DNA of 64,000 nt from Schizochytrium sp. TIO01 (taxonomy: Eukaryota > Protista > Bigyra: Labyrinthulomycetes). Shown piece after piece: positions 10,247 through 20,120 of this stretch (position 1 is its first letter; each line of letters starts with the position of its first letter). Location: positions 6,004,029 through 6,068,028 of the forward strand of contig SMSO01000014.1 of the NCBI GenBank assembly GCA_004764695.1. The letters are read 5' to 3'. The translations under genes and the position numbers were made by a program. Under the pieces are notes generated by a model that was given only the letters and a program-made list of their open reading frames with translations, had not been told where the DNA came from and ran no database searches.

Positions 10247-12478
10247 GACAAACTCAGCCGACTCTCATCCAAGGACACTGGAAGCGTCAGCTACTCTTCA
10301 GCGTCGCAAGTTTCTTGTAAAATCTTCTGATGCGTTCTCAATGCGTTTATGGTCACTTTGTTTGCTCAGTGCTCCAAAACATCAATTCTGAACTAGTCTC
10401 CTGTGCTCCCGCAAATCCTGGACAGCGCGGAAGTCAGCAATTGCACACCCCATTTGAGAGTCACATATGACTGACAATATATTAATATATATTCATTCTT
10501 TTTTATATAAGCACGTGCTATAGGGTACATACTGTACTAGTACATAGCAGAATGATGCATCGCACAATTAAAACTCGATGACAGTATGCTTATTGCCCAG
10601 CCACTTCGTTAAGTTGTCATGAAAACTTTGATCTGACTTTCTTCTGCTGATGTTGCTTTGTCAGCTATCCAGAATTTGCCAATATTTCTTTTCTTTTCTT
10701 TTTTTTCCAGCGGCCCAATAAACTTCAAGAGTACTGCCAAAAAACTCATTATAGTTCTTAATGTCACTGGAGAACTCTTTATCGAGCAAACCATGTCAGG
10801 TACCGGCGCTATTGCTACTTTCTCGGGTATTATGACTAAATTGTCTTAAAGACACCTCTGCAAAATGGCAAGGGATTTTTGGACACATTTTCCCCTTCGA
10901 TGCGCTCTATTCCCAAATAGTTCTGAAACACTTAAAATACTTTTCTCTCACCACCCTCACCCCCTCCCAAAAAAACTTAAGCATCACAAATCACATTTGA
11001 AGTTTACCAATTGCTACTTGTTGAGATAGCAAACCTCCCGTGACACTAGTTCTATCTGCGCAGATACATGTGACCTTTGTGATCTGCCAAGCCACATGCT
11101 TACGATTCTGACGTAGACCATCAATGAGTTCCCAGCAGTCTCTATTAAATCGTGAAAGCGACGCATAATTCTCATATTGCCAGGAATAAGCATGATATTA
11201 TCGTGCAATAGACATTGTCTGTCACAGGAGGTATTGAACCATCAAAAATCATCAAATGGCTACCTGGGCTGAAGCAATAAATAGTGGACAACATAGGTTG
11301 AATATCAGGTTGGCTTGCTACCGATGCATTCCTATTTTTCCTGCCTAGCAATTTCCGTGACATCAAGCTATCTAATATTCAAACTCCATCTTTACCTAAC
11401 AGAGCCAATGCATTCTAGGACCACTTTACAAATGCCAAGTGCTGTCGAGAAAAAACAAAAACTAATAAAAAAACTGCACACCGTCAAGGTATTATCCAAT
11501 AAATAGAAACGAAGTGTAGTAAACAAAGTACACCCCCCTGGTCGATGCCTAGGTCTATCCCACAATGTTGGGGAGACGAGATTTCCTGAATTTTCATGGA
11601 ATGAACTACATCAATCTTCTCACGATCACAGGTCTCATTAAATCGCAGGGAGAGAATCGTGTCAAAAACCCCTATTCAATGTTTATGACTAACCTATAGT
11701 TTCTACCCTCATATCTTACTTTGATTTTTTTTTAATTCTCTAGCTAGACAGAACAAGTGTCAACAATCGTTATACTTCAAGAATCTCAACATACAGTCCA
11801 GACCATGGATTCTGTTCAGAAAAAGATTGTGTCGAGTGCGAGACCGTATGTAGCTTTATGTAGTTTGCTACGTTTGCAGAGCATATGTATGCTTCACGAT
11901 ATGAAATGTCCGAGCTTACACGTAGGTGATATGGTTACCGACATTACCCAAATAAAATTCAGATCATGATCTTTTCACCACTCAACGACCGTTCGTTCAT
12001 AAGTGTCCTTTAACTTTTTCTCTCCTAGAGGGGCAGGCCAAATCCTTAAACGTTCCAATTTCTTTGGGCCATTTAGTACTTTTCACTCAACGCAAACGAT
12101 GTTTTTTCAACAATCATTTTAGCTGCCCCAAAGGATGTCAAGGCTGATGATATTCATCATACCTTACTTCAGCGTTTTTGCCACTTTGTAGCCCTTCTTA
12201 TTCCGTCAATAAAAAACCATCTCCAGTTACATTTCATAGGTCTTTCCTTGATTGAGATTATCTATCACAAGACCACGAGTGAATCATAAATATGACATCA
12301 AAATCGTTGATACAATGGAAGCGAATCGAAGTTGCTTTTCATCGCCGAGCGCAAACCTCAATTGCAGAGCGAGCTGCGTCAGCCGCTACAGGTGAGGTCT
12401 GAGCTGTCGGATCAGCCTGCGTGCTGCACAGTTTTTCGACTGGAGACTCGTGAAACAGGCAAAAAAGGACAGAAGAGG

Positions 12479-14626
12479 ATGGCAAGGGAAAGCAGGCGGA
12501 GCGCGAGAAACGCCGCCACGAACAAGGCGCCTGCTTCACCGGAAGCCGCTGCCGGTGAGGCCTCAGAGCCTTCTAAAGTAGCCGCTGAGGACATCAAGAC
12601 CACCGCGGCAACTGCAGAGAAAGGGGACTTGGAGGTGCGGAATAAGTCTGGCGAAAACAGCAAAGATCTTGGCGAAGACGGCGATAATGAAGATTCCAAA
12701 GCCAAGAAATCCGAGGATGTAGAGCTAAAAGAATCAAAACCCGATTCCCCCGAGACCAAAAAGATCTCTGAGACTTCTGAATCATCAGACACGAAAGTTG
12801 CTACGAATGCTGATGAGTCTGCGCCCAAAGACCAAAGCGAAAAGCCAGGCGATAATGCAGACGGAATGGAAGTCGACGAAACCTCTGGCCAAGAGAAAAT
12901 CTCAAAGGATCAAAACCCCAAGGAAACAGAAGTTAAAGATCAAGAATCTGAAGATCAAGAGTCTAAAGATCAAGAATCTAAGGATCAAGAGTCTAAAGAT
13001 CAAGAATCTAAGGATCAAGAATCTAAGGATCAAGAATCTAAGGATCAAGAGTCTAAGGATCAAGAATCTAAGGATCAAGAAGGGAAAGATCACGAGTCTA
13101 AAGCTCAAGATGAAGAAGGGAAAATGAACGAAAGCTCTGAGGAAAATACAGCAGCCACAGCTCAGGCTGAAGATGTTGCAAGCTCGCAGCAGGCGTCTAG
13201 AAAGCGTCGCTTTATGAGCCCAGAGCATGCGTTTGAATCAATTTTTGGTATAGCCAAGAAGCATCGCCGTGATGCTGAAATTACGGCGTCAATGGTGGCA
13301 GAAGCTCAAGATCCAGCAGCCGAGTCCGAGCAAAGCACTCTCACGCTTCAAGAAGCGCAAAAGGCACTTGATGACCTAACGGATACAGCGCTCGAAAAAG
13401 CTCCCAAAGTGCGCCGGTTCTCGCAGCAAGTCGTGAATAGGTTGAACCGCCCTCGCAAGGGTCGCGCTGAAGACGAGATTGAAGTAGCTGAGGTTGTTGA
13501 TAGCCGTGCACTAGTGGATGCAAACCTGGCTAAGCAAAAGCTTGCTGAGTCCAAGGCTAAGTTTCGTGCAAAGATAATTGGTTTGGAGAACCAAGTCCGT
13601 ATGCTCAAAGCAGCTGAACGCAAGCGCGTGATCCGAGAGGGTTCATCCTCAGGCTCAAACGTGGGCGCCAAGTACGGCCAGTTCCGCGCTCCCTCCGTGG
13701 CAAACGCTGAGTTCAAGACATTGGAGGAGAATACGCATTCTCCTGAAGCCCAAGACCTGCTGGACCGCATCGTGAATGCCCCATCTACATGTAATTGCAC
13801 AAGCGAAGAACAAGACTGCTCTCGTGAGTCTTCTTGCAAAAATCGCGAGGGTCAGAAGGAGTGTCCGGAGGCATGTCCTGTTGCAGAGTGTAAAAACCAA
13901 CAGTTGCGCAAGAAGGTGTGGGCAAAAACCCGAGTGGCCAAATCGAAGCGGCCGCCCTTGGGTATTGGTTTACTCGCTGATGAAGCCATCAAGGATGGCG
14001 ATCTTATTGTAGAATACACTGGCGAGGTTATCACCGCGTCTCAGGCAAAACAGCGTCTCGACCGCAGGTACAGCCGACTCTTTCATGAGTACATCTTCCA
14101 CCTCAGTTCCCGCTTAAGAATTGACGCAACGGAGCGGGGCTCAGTCGCCCGTTTTATTAACCACTCTTGCAATCCCAATGCTGTTGCTGAGGTCTGGAAT
14201 GTTGATGGTAAATTGAGGGTTGGCATTTGGGCAAAACGAGATATCTCAGAAGGTGAAGAAATTACCTTTGAATACTCCTACCCGGAAGCTGGGGAGGCTC
14301 GTATACGTTGCGCTTGTGCAGAACCGGGCTGCCGTAAATATGTTGGCGCCTCAAGTCTTGAACACAAAACGATTCCTCGCCGTACGAGTGCGATGGATCC
14401 CATCACAGGTGTGAAGCTAGATGCCGCGCTTTCATTGCCACGGCTTCAAACCCAAGTTGCACTTATTAAGTCCCTTTTAGAAGCTCAGCAGCATGCTCAA
14501 AAGGGCAAAGCAGCTATTGATTGGCTGCCTGTGCATGACCTTGAACTCTTGCGTCAATCCCGGGTATTCCAAGCGCGAGCAGTGGAAAAGGTCTTGAAGA
14601 CCGACTTTGCTGCCTTGCTCTCATAG
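12479..14626 (+). CDS. SET-domain histone-lysine N-methyltransferase (AWS-SET-postSET; ASH1/SETD2/NSD-like, H3K36 type)
   Basis: First in-frame ATG is at 12479 (the track starts at a non-ATG codon). Cys-rich AWS (CNC...C...CKNREGQKECPEACPVAECKNQ), SET motifs GIGLLADEAI, IVEYTGEVI, ARFINHSCNPN and EEITFEY, post-SET CACAEPGCRKYVG. Long acidic, disordered N-terminus. Confidence 0.93.
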   Translation: MARESRRSARNAATNKAPASPEAAAGEASEPSKVAAEDIKTTAATAEKGDLEVRNKSGENSKDLGEDGDNEDSKAKKSEDVELKESKPDSPETKKISETSESSDTKVATNADESAPKDQSEKPGDNADGMEVDETSGQEKISKDQNPKETEVKDQESEDQESKDQESKDQESKDQESKDQESKDQESKDQESKDQESKDQEGKDHESKAQDEEGKMNESSEENTAATAQAEDVASSQQASRKRRFMSPEHAFESIFGIAKKHRRDAEITASMVAEAQDPAAESEQSTLTLQEAQKALDDLTDTALEKAPKVRRFSQQVVNRLNRPRKGRAEDEIEVAEVVDSRALVDANLAKQKLAESKAKFRAKIIGLENQVRMLKAAERKRVIREGSSSGSNVGAKYGQFRAPSVANAEFKTLEENTHSPEAQDLLDRIVNAPSTCNCTSEEQDCSRESSCKNREGQKECPEACPVAECKNQQLRKKVWAKTRVAKSKRPPLGIGLLADEAIKDGDLIVEYTGEVITASQAKQRLDRRYSRLFHEYIFHLSSRLRIDATERGSVARFINHSCNPNAVAEVWNVDGKLRVGIWAKRDISEGEEITFEYSYPEAGEARIRCACAEPGCRKYVGASSLEHKTIPRRTSAMDPITGVKLDAALSLPRLQTQVALIKSLLEAQQHAQKGKAAIDWLPVHDLELLRQSRVFQARAVEKVLKTDFAALLS
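12935..13099 (+). repeat. In-frame 15-bp tandem repeat, ~11 copies, encoding KDQES
   Basis: Units of AA(A/G)GATCAAGA(A/G)TCT from 12935, degenerating to KDQEG/KDHES at the 3' end. Confidence 0.95.
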
Positions 14627-15137
14627 ACTACTCAGCCACAGTGGCCTTCATTGAATTTGTTGCATCTAGAGTAAGTATGCACCACAACAATAAGTAAGGC
14701 CTTTTATAGTTCTATAACAACATCAATCTGACTCCAGCTTTTTCAAAATTAGAGTTTCCCAAACCTAAGAAATAATTTGAGTTATCGCATCCCTTGTTTT
14801 CTAAGTACGCGGATCCTCGTTCAGTCTGTACACGTCTCTTCAAATGGCAGGAAGAACTCGATTGTCTCTGTTCTTCAAGAAAACTTCGAAATTAATCTTA
14901 CTAATTAATGTCCTACGGTAAACATTAGGGATACCAAGATGTGCAACAGACTCTCCAATTCATGAACCAAGGTAAGCAGTCCCGTATTTCGTACGGTCTG
15001 AGCCTTAGTTCACCTCTGCCCGTCCAGGCCCGCGCGCTCCTTGTTTGAACGATAGCGAGTGGTGATCTCTGAAGAAAAGACGGTAAGAAGCACCCGAAGG
15101 GCAGTGGGTCTGAGTTGGGAAAAGTTGTGGTGTCGTC

Positions 15138-15497
15138 ATGGGAGCAGTTCTGGACAAGTTGCGTGGGGAAGACGACCTGTTGGCCAACACTTGCTGTGAT
15201 GTTAAGCTTGTGATCATTGCCAGTAAATATCTTGAAGCTGCTCTTGAGAAAGACTTTGGCGCCACTGGTCGAGGTCTGCATGAAAAAATTACTACTGCAG
15301 AAGGTTTGGACCCACAGACCCAACGCCGACTTCGCAAAATTGCAACGATTCGTAACAAGCTCATTCATGAGATCGGCTATGATGAGGTTGACGACCGTGA
15401 GAGATTTCGCGAAGACTTTCGACTTGCTGTTGAGACATTACGTGTTACTGCAGCAAAGCGCCGTGGAGAGTCCGACTCACAATGCATCATTTCCTGA
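15138..15497 (+). CDS. Small stand-alone HEPN-domain (DUF4145-like) protein with C-terminal CaaX box
   Basis: 119 aa, helical pattern. SKYLEAALEKDFGATGRGLHEKI...LRKIATIRNKLIHE contains the HEPN R-x4-H motif (RNKLIH) plus an upstream Glu. Starts MG, ends CIIS-stop. Confidence 0.8.
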   Translation: MGAVLDKLRGEDDLLANTCCDVKLVIIASKYLEAALEKDFGATGRGLHEKITTAEGLDPQTQRRLRKIATIRNKLIHEIGYDEVDDRERFREDFRLAVETLRVTAAKRRGESDSQCIIS

Positions 15498-15873
15498 AGC
15501 AAACTTGAAGCCACGAGTGTCAACATATTGATGAAAAAGAAGGAGGCCCTTTTCGAACCATGGGACATTATTTCTGATATTTCTGCTAGGTACGAAACAG
15601 ATTCACACAGTATCGCAAGCGACATAGGACTGAGCAATCGCTCAAAGATTTTTGTAAATATAATTATATGTTTTTAGTGAGAATAAGGAAAAGGGGATTT
15701 TTGAAAATTGAAAACAGAGGTATTTCGGAACAAGTGTGAAAAACAGGAAAATCATCTCGATTTTGCATTCGTCTACAAAGTAAAGGAATGAGAAAGTGGT
15801 GACTAGATAATTCCAAAAGGATAAATAAATCTTGGAGCGACGGAAAGCAGTTGTGACCAAATACAAGATATGT

Positions 15874-18105
15874 CTATAGGTTTGCATTATTTGCAGATCC
15901 CAAGGACGGAGACGATGCAACCATACGCATAGAAGGGTCATGAAAGGCCTTTTGCATAGTTCGCTCATTCCAGTTAAAACCCTCCTTGATTGCTGAGAAC
16001 CAATCCTCGCTCTCACCTTGGTTACAAATACACGGCACAGGGAACTCAGATACAGCAACCACAACCGATTCGCCACGTTTGAGTTCATGTCGATCTCGAC
16101 CATCAAAGGAAACCCAAGCACTTGTCCTAGCAGTTTCACTGACCTTGATACGGACTTGGCTAGTGTCAGGAATAATAATAGGACGAAACGAGAGCGAGTG
16201 AGGGCAAATCGGTGTAATGGCGACACAGGGGATAGCAGGATGTACCATTGATCCACCCGCAGATAAACCATATGCAGTTGAGCCTGTAGGGGTAGAGATG
16301 ATGATACCATCTCCCTGCACATGAGTGATTGGGGTATCACTGTTGCCGATGTATAGGTCGCAGTTAATGATAGAGGACTCAGGACCTCGGTCAACAACAA
16401 CCTCATTCAGCACTGTGTGTACAACCTTAATCTTTTCGTCCTCCTTCGTCTCTTTCTTTTCAGTACCAGCATTGGCTGCTCCCTGGACAAGGTTTTGTTG
16501 ATGCTGTTTTTGGCATAGCTTTTTCGCAGGCAGAATACGAGCCTCAAGACGCATGCGCAAAGTAAGGACCATGACCTCCTCCATAACGCTTCGCAGTTTG
16601 CTCTGAGCCACACCTCGGCCAAAGGTACTCAAAAACCCAAGAGATCCCATGTGGATGGAAAGAACTGGCGGGCATCCGCGAGGAAACACATGAGAAAGCC
16701 AAATAATTGTGCCATCACCACCCACAGTTACACAAAAATCAATTGGCATGGCTCGAAGTTCGTCATGTGTTGCCTGCACAACTGCAAGTTCTCGTAGGTG
16801 CTGAACAAATTGTCGCGACTCTTTTGCCGGATCAAACACGGCCTTCTCGGCAACGACAGTTACTTTAAACTGGTCTCGAGTCAGGTACCTCGCGAGTTCA
16901 AGCATCGCAGCTGCGCAGTCCGGTTCCCCAGGTTTCTTTACGATAAAGACCGTTCGCGGTGTTCGCATCCACCTTGCCTGAACAAGTGTCTTGGTGATAT
17001 GTGGAATGTGAATTCGACCTTGAGGAATCTGTTGCATCGTGCAGTACTGATCATTGCATGTAAGTAGCCTATATCCAGCATGTCGGGAGCTTGAATCCGG
17101 GACTTCAATTTGAAAGGACTGCAGGCTATCTAGGCCCATCTGCAGCGTTGTGGTCTCGCTTCCAGGAGGTGGAGCAGGTGCTGTTGTAGGTGCAGATGGT
17201 GGGGTCGGCGGATCTATGCAGTTTCCCTCCTCCCCAAGCGAACATACCCGCGCAAGTCTATAATATGGTGAGAAGAACATGCCATCATCAGACATGGACC
17301 TCTCTCTGAGGGATTTGTGCATTGTATTGGAACGACTCTGCGGTCTTTGTAGTCCTGGTCCTCTGACTTCAGTTGTAACATTGGAGTATTTCTTAGACGA
17401 GTTGCTCTCGACTGAGTCGTTCCTAATTAATAACGAGCTCGAGGCCGCACGACCTTGCATTCGCGTCCTGCGTAGAGCAGCATTCTCCACGTTTCCTGTG
17501 CCATTTAAGTCCTCACTCTTTAATCCCTCGCTCTTCAAGATATCGTTTTCATCTGACAATTTGGTTACATCTGACTCAAGTTTGTCTAGGCCCGCCTCTC
17601 CGGCAACACTAACGTAAGCACCTGCCTTCGCTGCTTCCGACTCCTCAATTCTGAGTTTCTTCTCTGCGTCAAGGTCACGCTTAAGGTTCGCAAGCTGCTT
17701 CTCAAGGTCATTAATGCGGGCGTCGCGGGACTCCAGCGCATCCAGCACGCCCCGCAGGCCTCCAATTGCCTCACCTACGACGGTCTCTGCCGCTCTGCGG
17801 TCCCCAGACATCCCTGCTCTTTCCACGAGATGCCCGGATTCTTTTCCGAGCCTCTCCACTGCGCCTTCTAAGTTCGAGTTATGCGCGTCCTTCGACTTCT
17901 CCTTGTGCACGTTGTTCTCCTCTTCTTCTTCTGATGCATGCTCTCGCGGCGGCGGTTGTTCCCCACGTTCCATAAGTTCTTGATGTTCTGAATGAGCCAG
18001 GTGTTCTTGGCTCCTGAGGTGGTGAATCCAGTGCTTGAGAAGGCTGGTGAGCTTGCTCGAGGGGTGACCAAGGGACCCCGCAGATACGCAGCTGCTATGG
18101 GCCAT
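15874..18105 (-). CDS. NADK: NAD(+) kinase with N-terminal coiled-coil/disordered extension
   Basis: Motifs VTVGGDGT, MGSLGFL, VLNEVVVDRG, VQGDGIIISTPTGSTAYGLSAGGSMVHP, ITPICPHSLSFRP, SFDGR. Confidence 0.96.
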   Translation of the reverse strand: MAHSSCVSAGSLGHPSSKLTSLLKHWIHHLRSQEHLAHSEHQELMERGEQPPPREHASEEEEENNVHKEKSKDAHNSNLEGAVERLGKESGHLVERAGMSGDRRAAETVVGEAIGGLRGVLDALESRDARINDLEKQLANLKRDLDAEKKLRIEESEAAKAGAYVSVAGEAGLDKLESDVTKLSDENDILKSEGLKSEDLNGTGNVENAALRRTRMQGRAASSSLLIRNDSVESNSSKKYSNVTTEVRGPGLQRPQSRSNTMHKSLRERSMSDDGMFFSPYYRLARVCSLGEEGNCIDPPTPPSAPTTAPAPPPGSETTTLQMGLDSLQSFQIEVPDSSSRHAGYRLLTCNDQYCTMQQIPQGRIHIPHITKTLVQARWMRTPRTVFIVKKPGEPDCAAAMLELARYLTRDQFKVTVVAEKAVFDPAKESRQFVQHLRELAVVQATHDELRAMPIDFCVTVGGDGTIIWLSHVFPRGCPPVLSIHMGSLGFLSTFGRGVAQSKLRSVMEEVMVLTLRMRLEARILPAKKLCQKQHQQNLVQGAANAGTEKKETKEDEKIKVVHTVLNEVVVDRGPESSIINCDLYIGNSDTPITHVQGDGIIISTPTGSTAYGLSAGGSMVHPAIPCVAITPICPHSLSFRPIIIPDTSQVRIKVSETARTSAWVSFDGRDRHELKRGESVVVAVSEFPVPCICNQGESEDWFSAIKEGFNWNERTMQKAFHDPSMRMVASSPSLGSANNANL

Positions 18106-19337
18106 GTGGATGCGACTTCGTTTTGGACTTCTTTGTTACTGCTTTGACCAAAGCCAGCCAGCCTTGCCAAGGAGTCGCGCGAGAGACTTTTGCAGGCTTG
18201 GCTGTGGACGCAGGGATGACAGTGAGAGAGTTCGATTGAGGTTTTGGCGGCAAGGCTTCACTTGGGACAATGGATGCAAGACCGTTGTGCACCAGTAGTA
18301 CAGACTCTGCGGCCCTGGATGAATGAAAGGATGTTTTAACTCGACGGACCAGCTTCGCGTGCAAAACCTTCTTTGCAGTCTAGAAGGAGATCGCTATGAC
18401 CAGGAACAAATCCAAAACGAACGAGTCTAATAAACCGAAGAGAATATTCAGACTGCCTCACTGAAGCGAATCACCAAGCGAGTCTGTACTGACACAAGTT
18501 TGCTGATCTTCAAGTTGCACGACAATTTTACAATTTGAGTTGTCTAAACCAGTGAGTTGATATCATCGGAGGAAGCTTCGTTGTAAAGTCTCATTCAACA
18601 AATGAATTCTCCAACAGTGACTAAGAAGAGATGCACTCCCTAACTTGCTCACTCAGACTCAATAATGAATTACATTGAAGATGTAGAGTTTGTGGGGACC
18701 TGCTATAGATTCTTGTTGCACACACGAGGTACTTGCTGGAGTGCGATCAGAATGGACGATTGTTAGGGAGAGGTGTAGGGGCGACATGAACGCAACGAAT
18801 GCTTCTCATTCTGACATGGGTTCCTACCATACACTTAGCATCTTAGGTAGTGGGTACTAGGTATGAATTTCGTATATAGCTGCGTGAACTTCAAAGAATG
18901 AAAAAAATACATTTCCCATGGTTTGTGCGATTCCAAGCTTCTTGCTTGCAGCAGGTACCCACCTAATAAGGGGAAAATGAAAGATGCCGATCAAGAAAAC
19001 CTGCAAATGCATTTGTTTTTTAAATCAAGGCGAGGACATTTGTATTCTCAAATTCACCCAAATTTTCTTCACGTGCTAATGAGTTGTACATGAGCGAGCT
19101 TTGACCGTCCCGAGTCTCTGTTCTTCGCTTAGGCTGGATCTAATATTCCCATCATTGTGCAAAGCGTATTTAATTATAAATTTAAAATAGGATGATCAAG
19201 CAGTAAGTGAGTTACCTTGTAATCAAGATTGGAGTATTGTAAATAATGGCCTTTTTACTTTTGAGTTTAAGAAAGAAAGGGAGATAGAGGGAACACCAGC
19301 AAAATCCCATACACATTGTTGAAGCCTTATAGCGCAC

Positions 19338-20120
19338 TTAAATCTTGCTGCTGTAGGCCATGCGAATGGCACCATCAAGACGAATGCACTCGCCGTTGAG
19401 GTAAGCGTTATCGATGATAGAGGTGCACATATGAGCAAACTCCTCGGGCTTTCCAAGACGCTTGGGAGCTACAACAGACAAGGAAAGGCCAGTCTTGACC
19501 TTCTCGGAAGCTGCAGCCAAAAGAGGGGTCTCCATGATGCCGGGGCAGATCGTGACCACACGAATACCATAGGTTCCGAGATCACGAGCCATGGGAAGGG
19601 TCATGCCGGTAACGGCACCCTTGCTGGCACTGTAAGCGGCCTGACCCTTCTGGCCATCAAAAGCAGCAACAGAGCTAGTGTTGATAATCACGCCACGAAG
19701 TCCGTTCGCATCAGGCTCGTTCTTGGCCATCTCGGCAGCGGCATACTTGGCAGTGTTGAAGGTTCCGTAGAGATTCACCTTGAGCACAAAGTCGAAGATG
19801 CCAGAATCGTGCACGCCGCCCTTCTTGTTAATCGTGGTGGTTGCACTTCCCACACCAGCGCAGTTCACGACGCCGTGGACGCTGCCAAATTTGGCAGCGG
19901 CTCCCTGAACAGCCGCTTTGATAGAGTCCTCGTTGGTGGCATCCATCTTGAAGAACACGCAGCGAGGTCCAAGCTCCTTGGCGATAGCCTGGCCACGTTC
20001 CTCATCGCGGTCAAGAATGGCAACATTAGCTCCCTCAGAAGCCAGGCGGCGCAACGTAGCCTCACCGAGACCGGAAGCTCCACCAGTCACGAGAAAAGTC
20101 TTACCCTTGCGGTCCTCCAT
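19338..20120 (-). CDS. HSD17B10: 3-hydroxyacyl-CoA dehydrogenase type-2 (SDR, HSD17B10-like)
   Basis: VTGGASGLG Rossmann motif, VVNCAGV, RGVIINTSSVAAFDGQKGQAAYSASKG (YxxxK), MTLPMARDL, YLNGECIRLDGAIRM. Confidence 0.95.
   Translation of the reverse strand: MEDRKGKTFLVTGGASGLGEATLRRLASEGANVAILDRDEERGQAIAKELGPRCVFFKMDATNEDSIKAAVQGAAAKFGSVHGVVNCAGVGSATTTINKKGGVHDSGIFDFVLKVNLYGTFNTAKYAAAEMAKNEPDANGLRGVIINTSSVAAFDGQKGQAAYSASKGAVTGMTLPMARDLGTYGIRVVTICPGIMETPLLAAASEKVKTGLSLSVVAPKRLGKPEEFAHMCTSIIDNAYLNGECIRLDGAIRMAYSSKI

Noticed and set aside
12935-13099. Regular repeat array considered as CRISPR-like; also the (KNLRI)n and (RFLIL)n ORFs
   Set aside because: Head-to-tail 15-bp units with no spacers, in frame within the SET gene. 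The other ORFs are off-frame readings of the same repeat.
14925-15531. ORFs 14925-15368(-), 15005-15364(-) and 15217-15531(+) as a possible antitoxin for the HEPN gene
   Set aside because: They overlap the HEPN CDS in other frames and show no nucleotidyltransferase or other recognisable motif.
15642-16406. 254-aa minus-strand ORF
   Set aside because: Off-frame overlap with the NAD kinase C-terminus and 3'UTR; no motifs.
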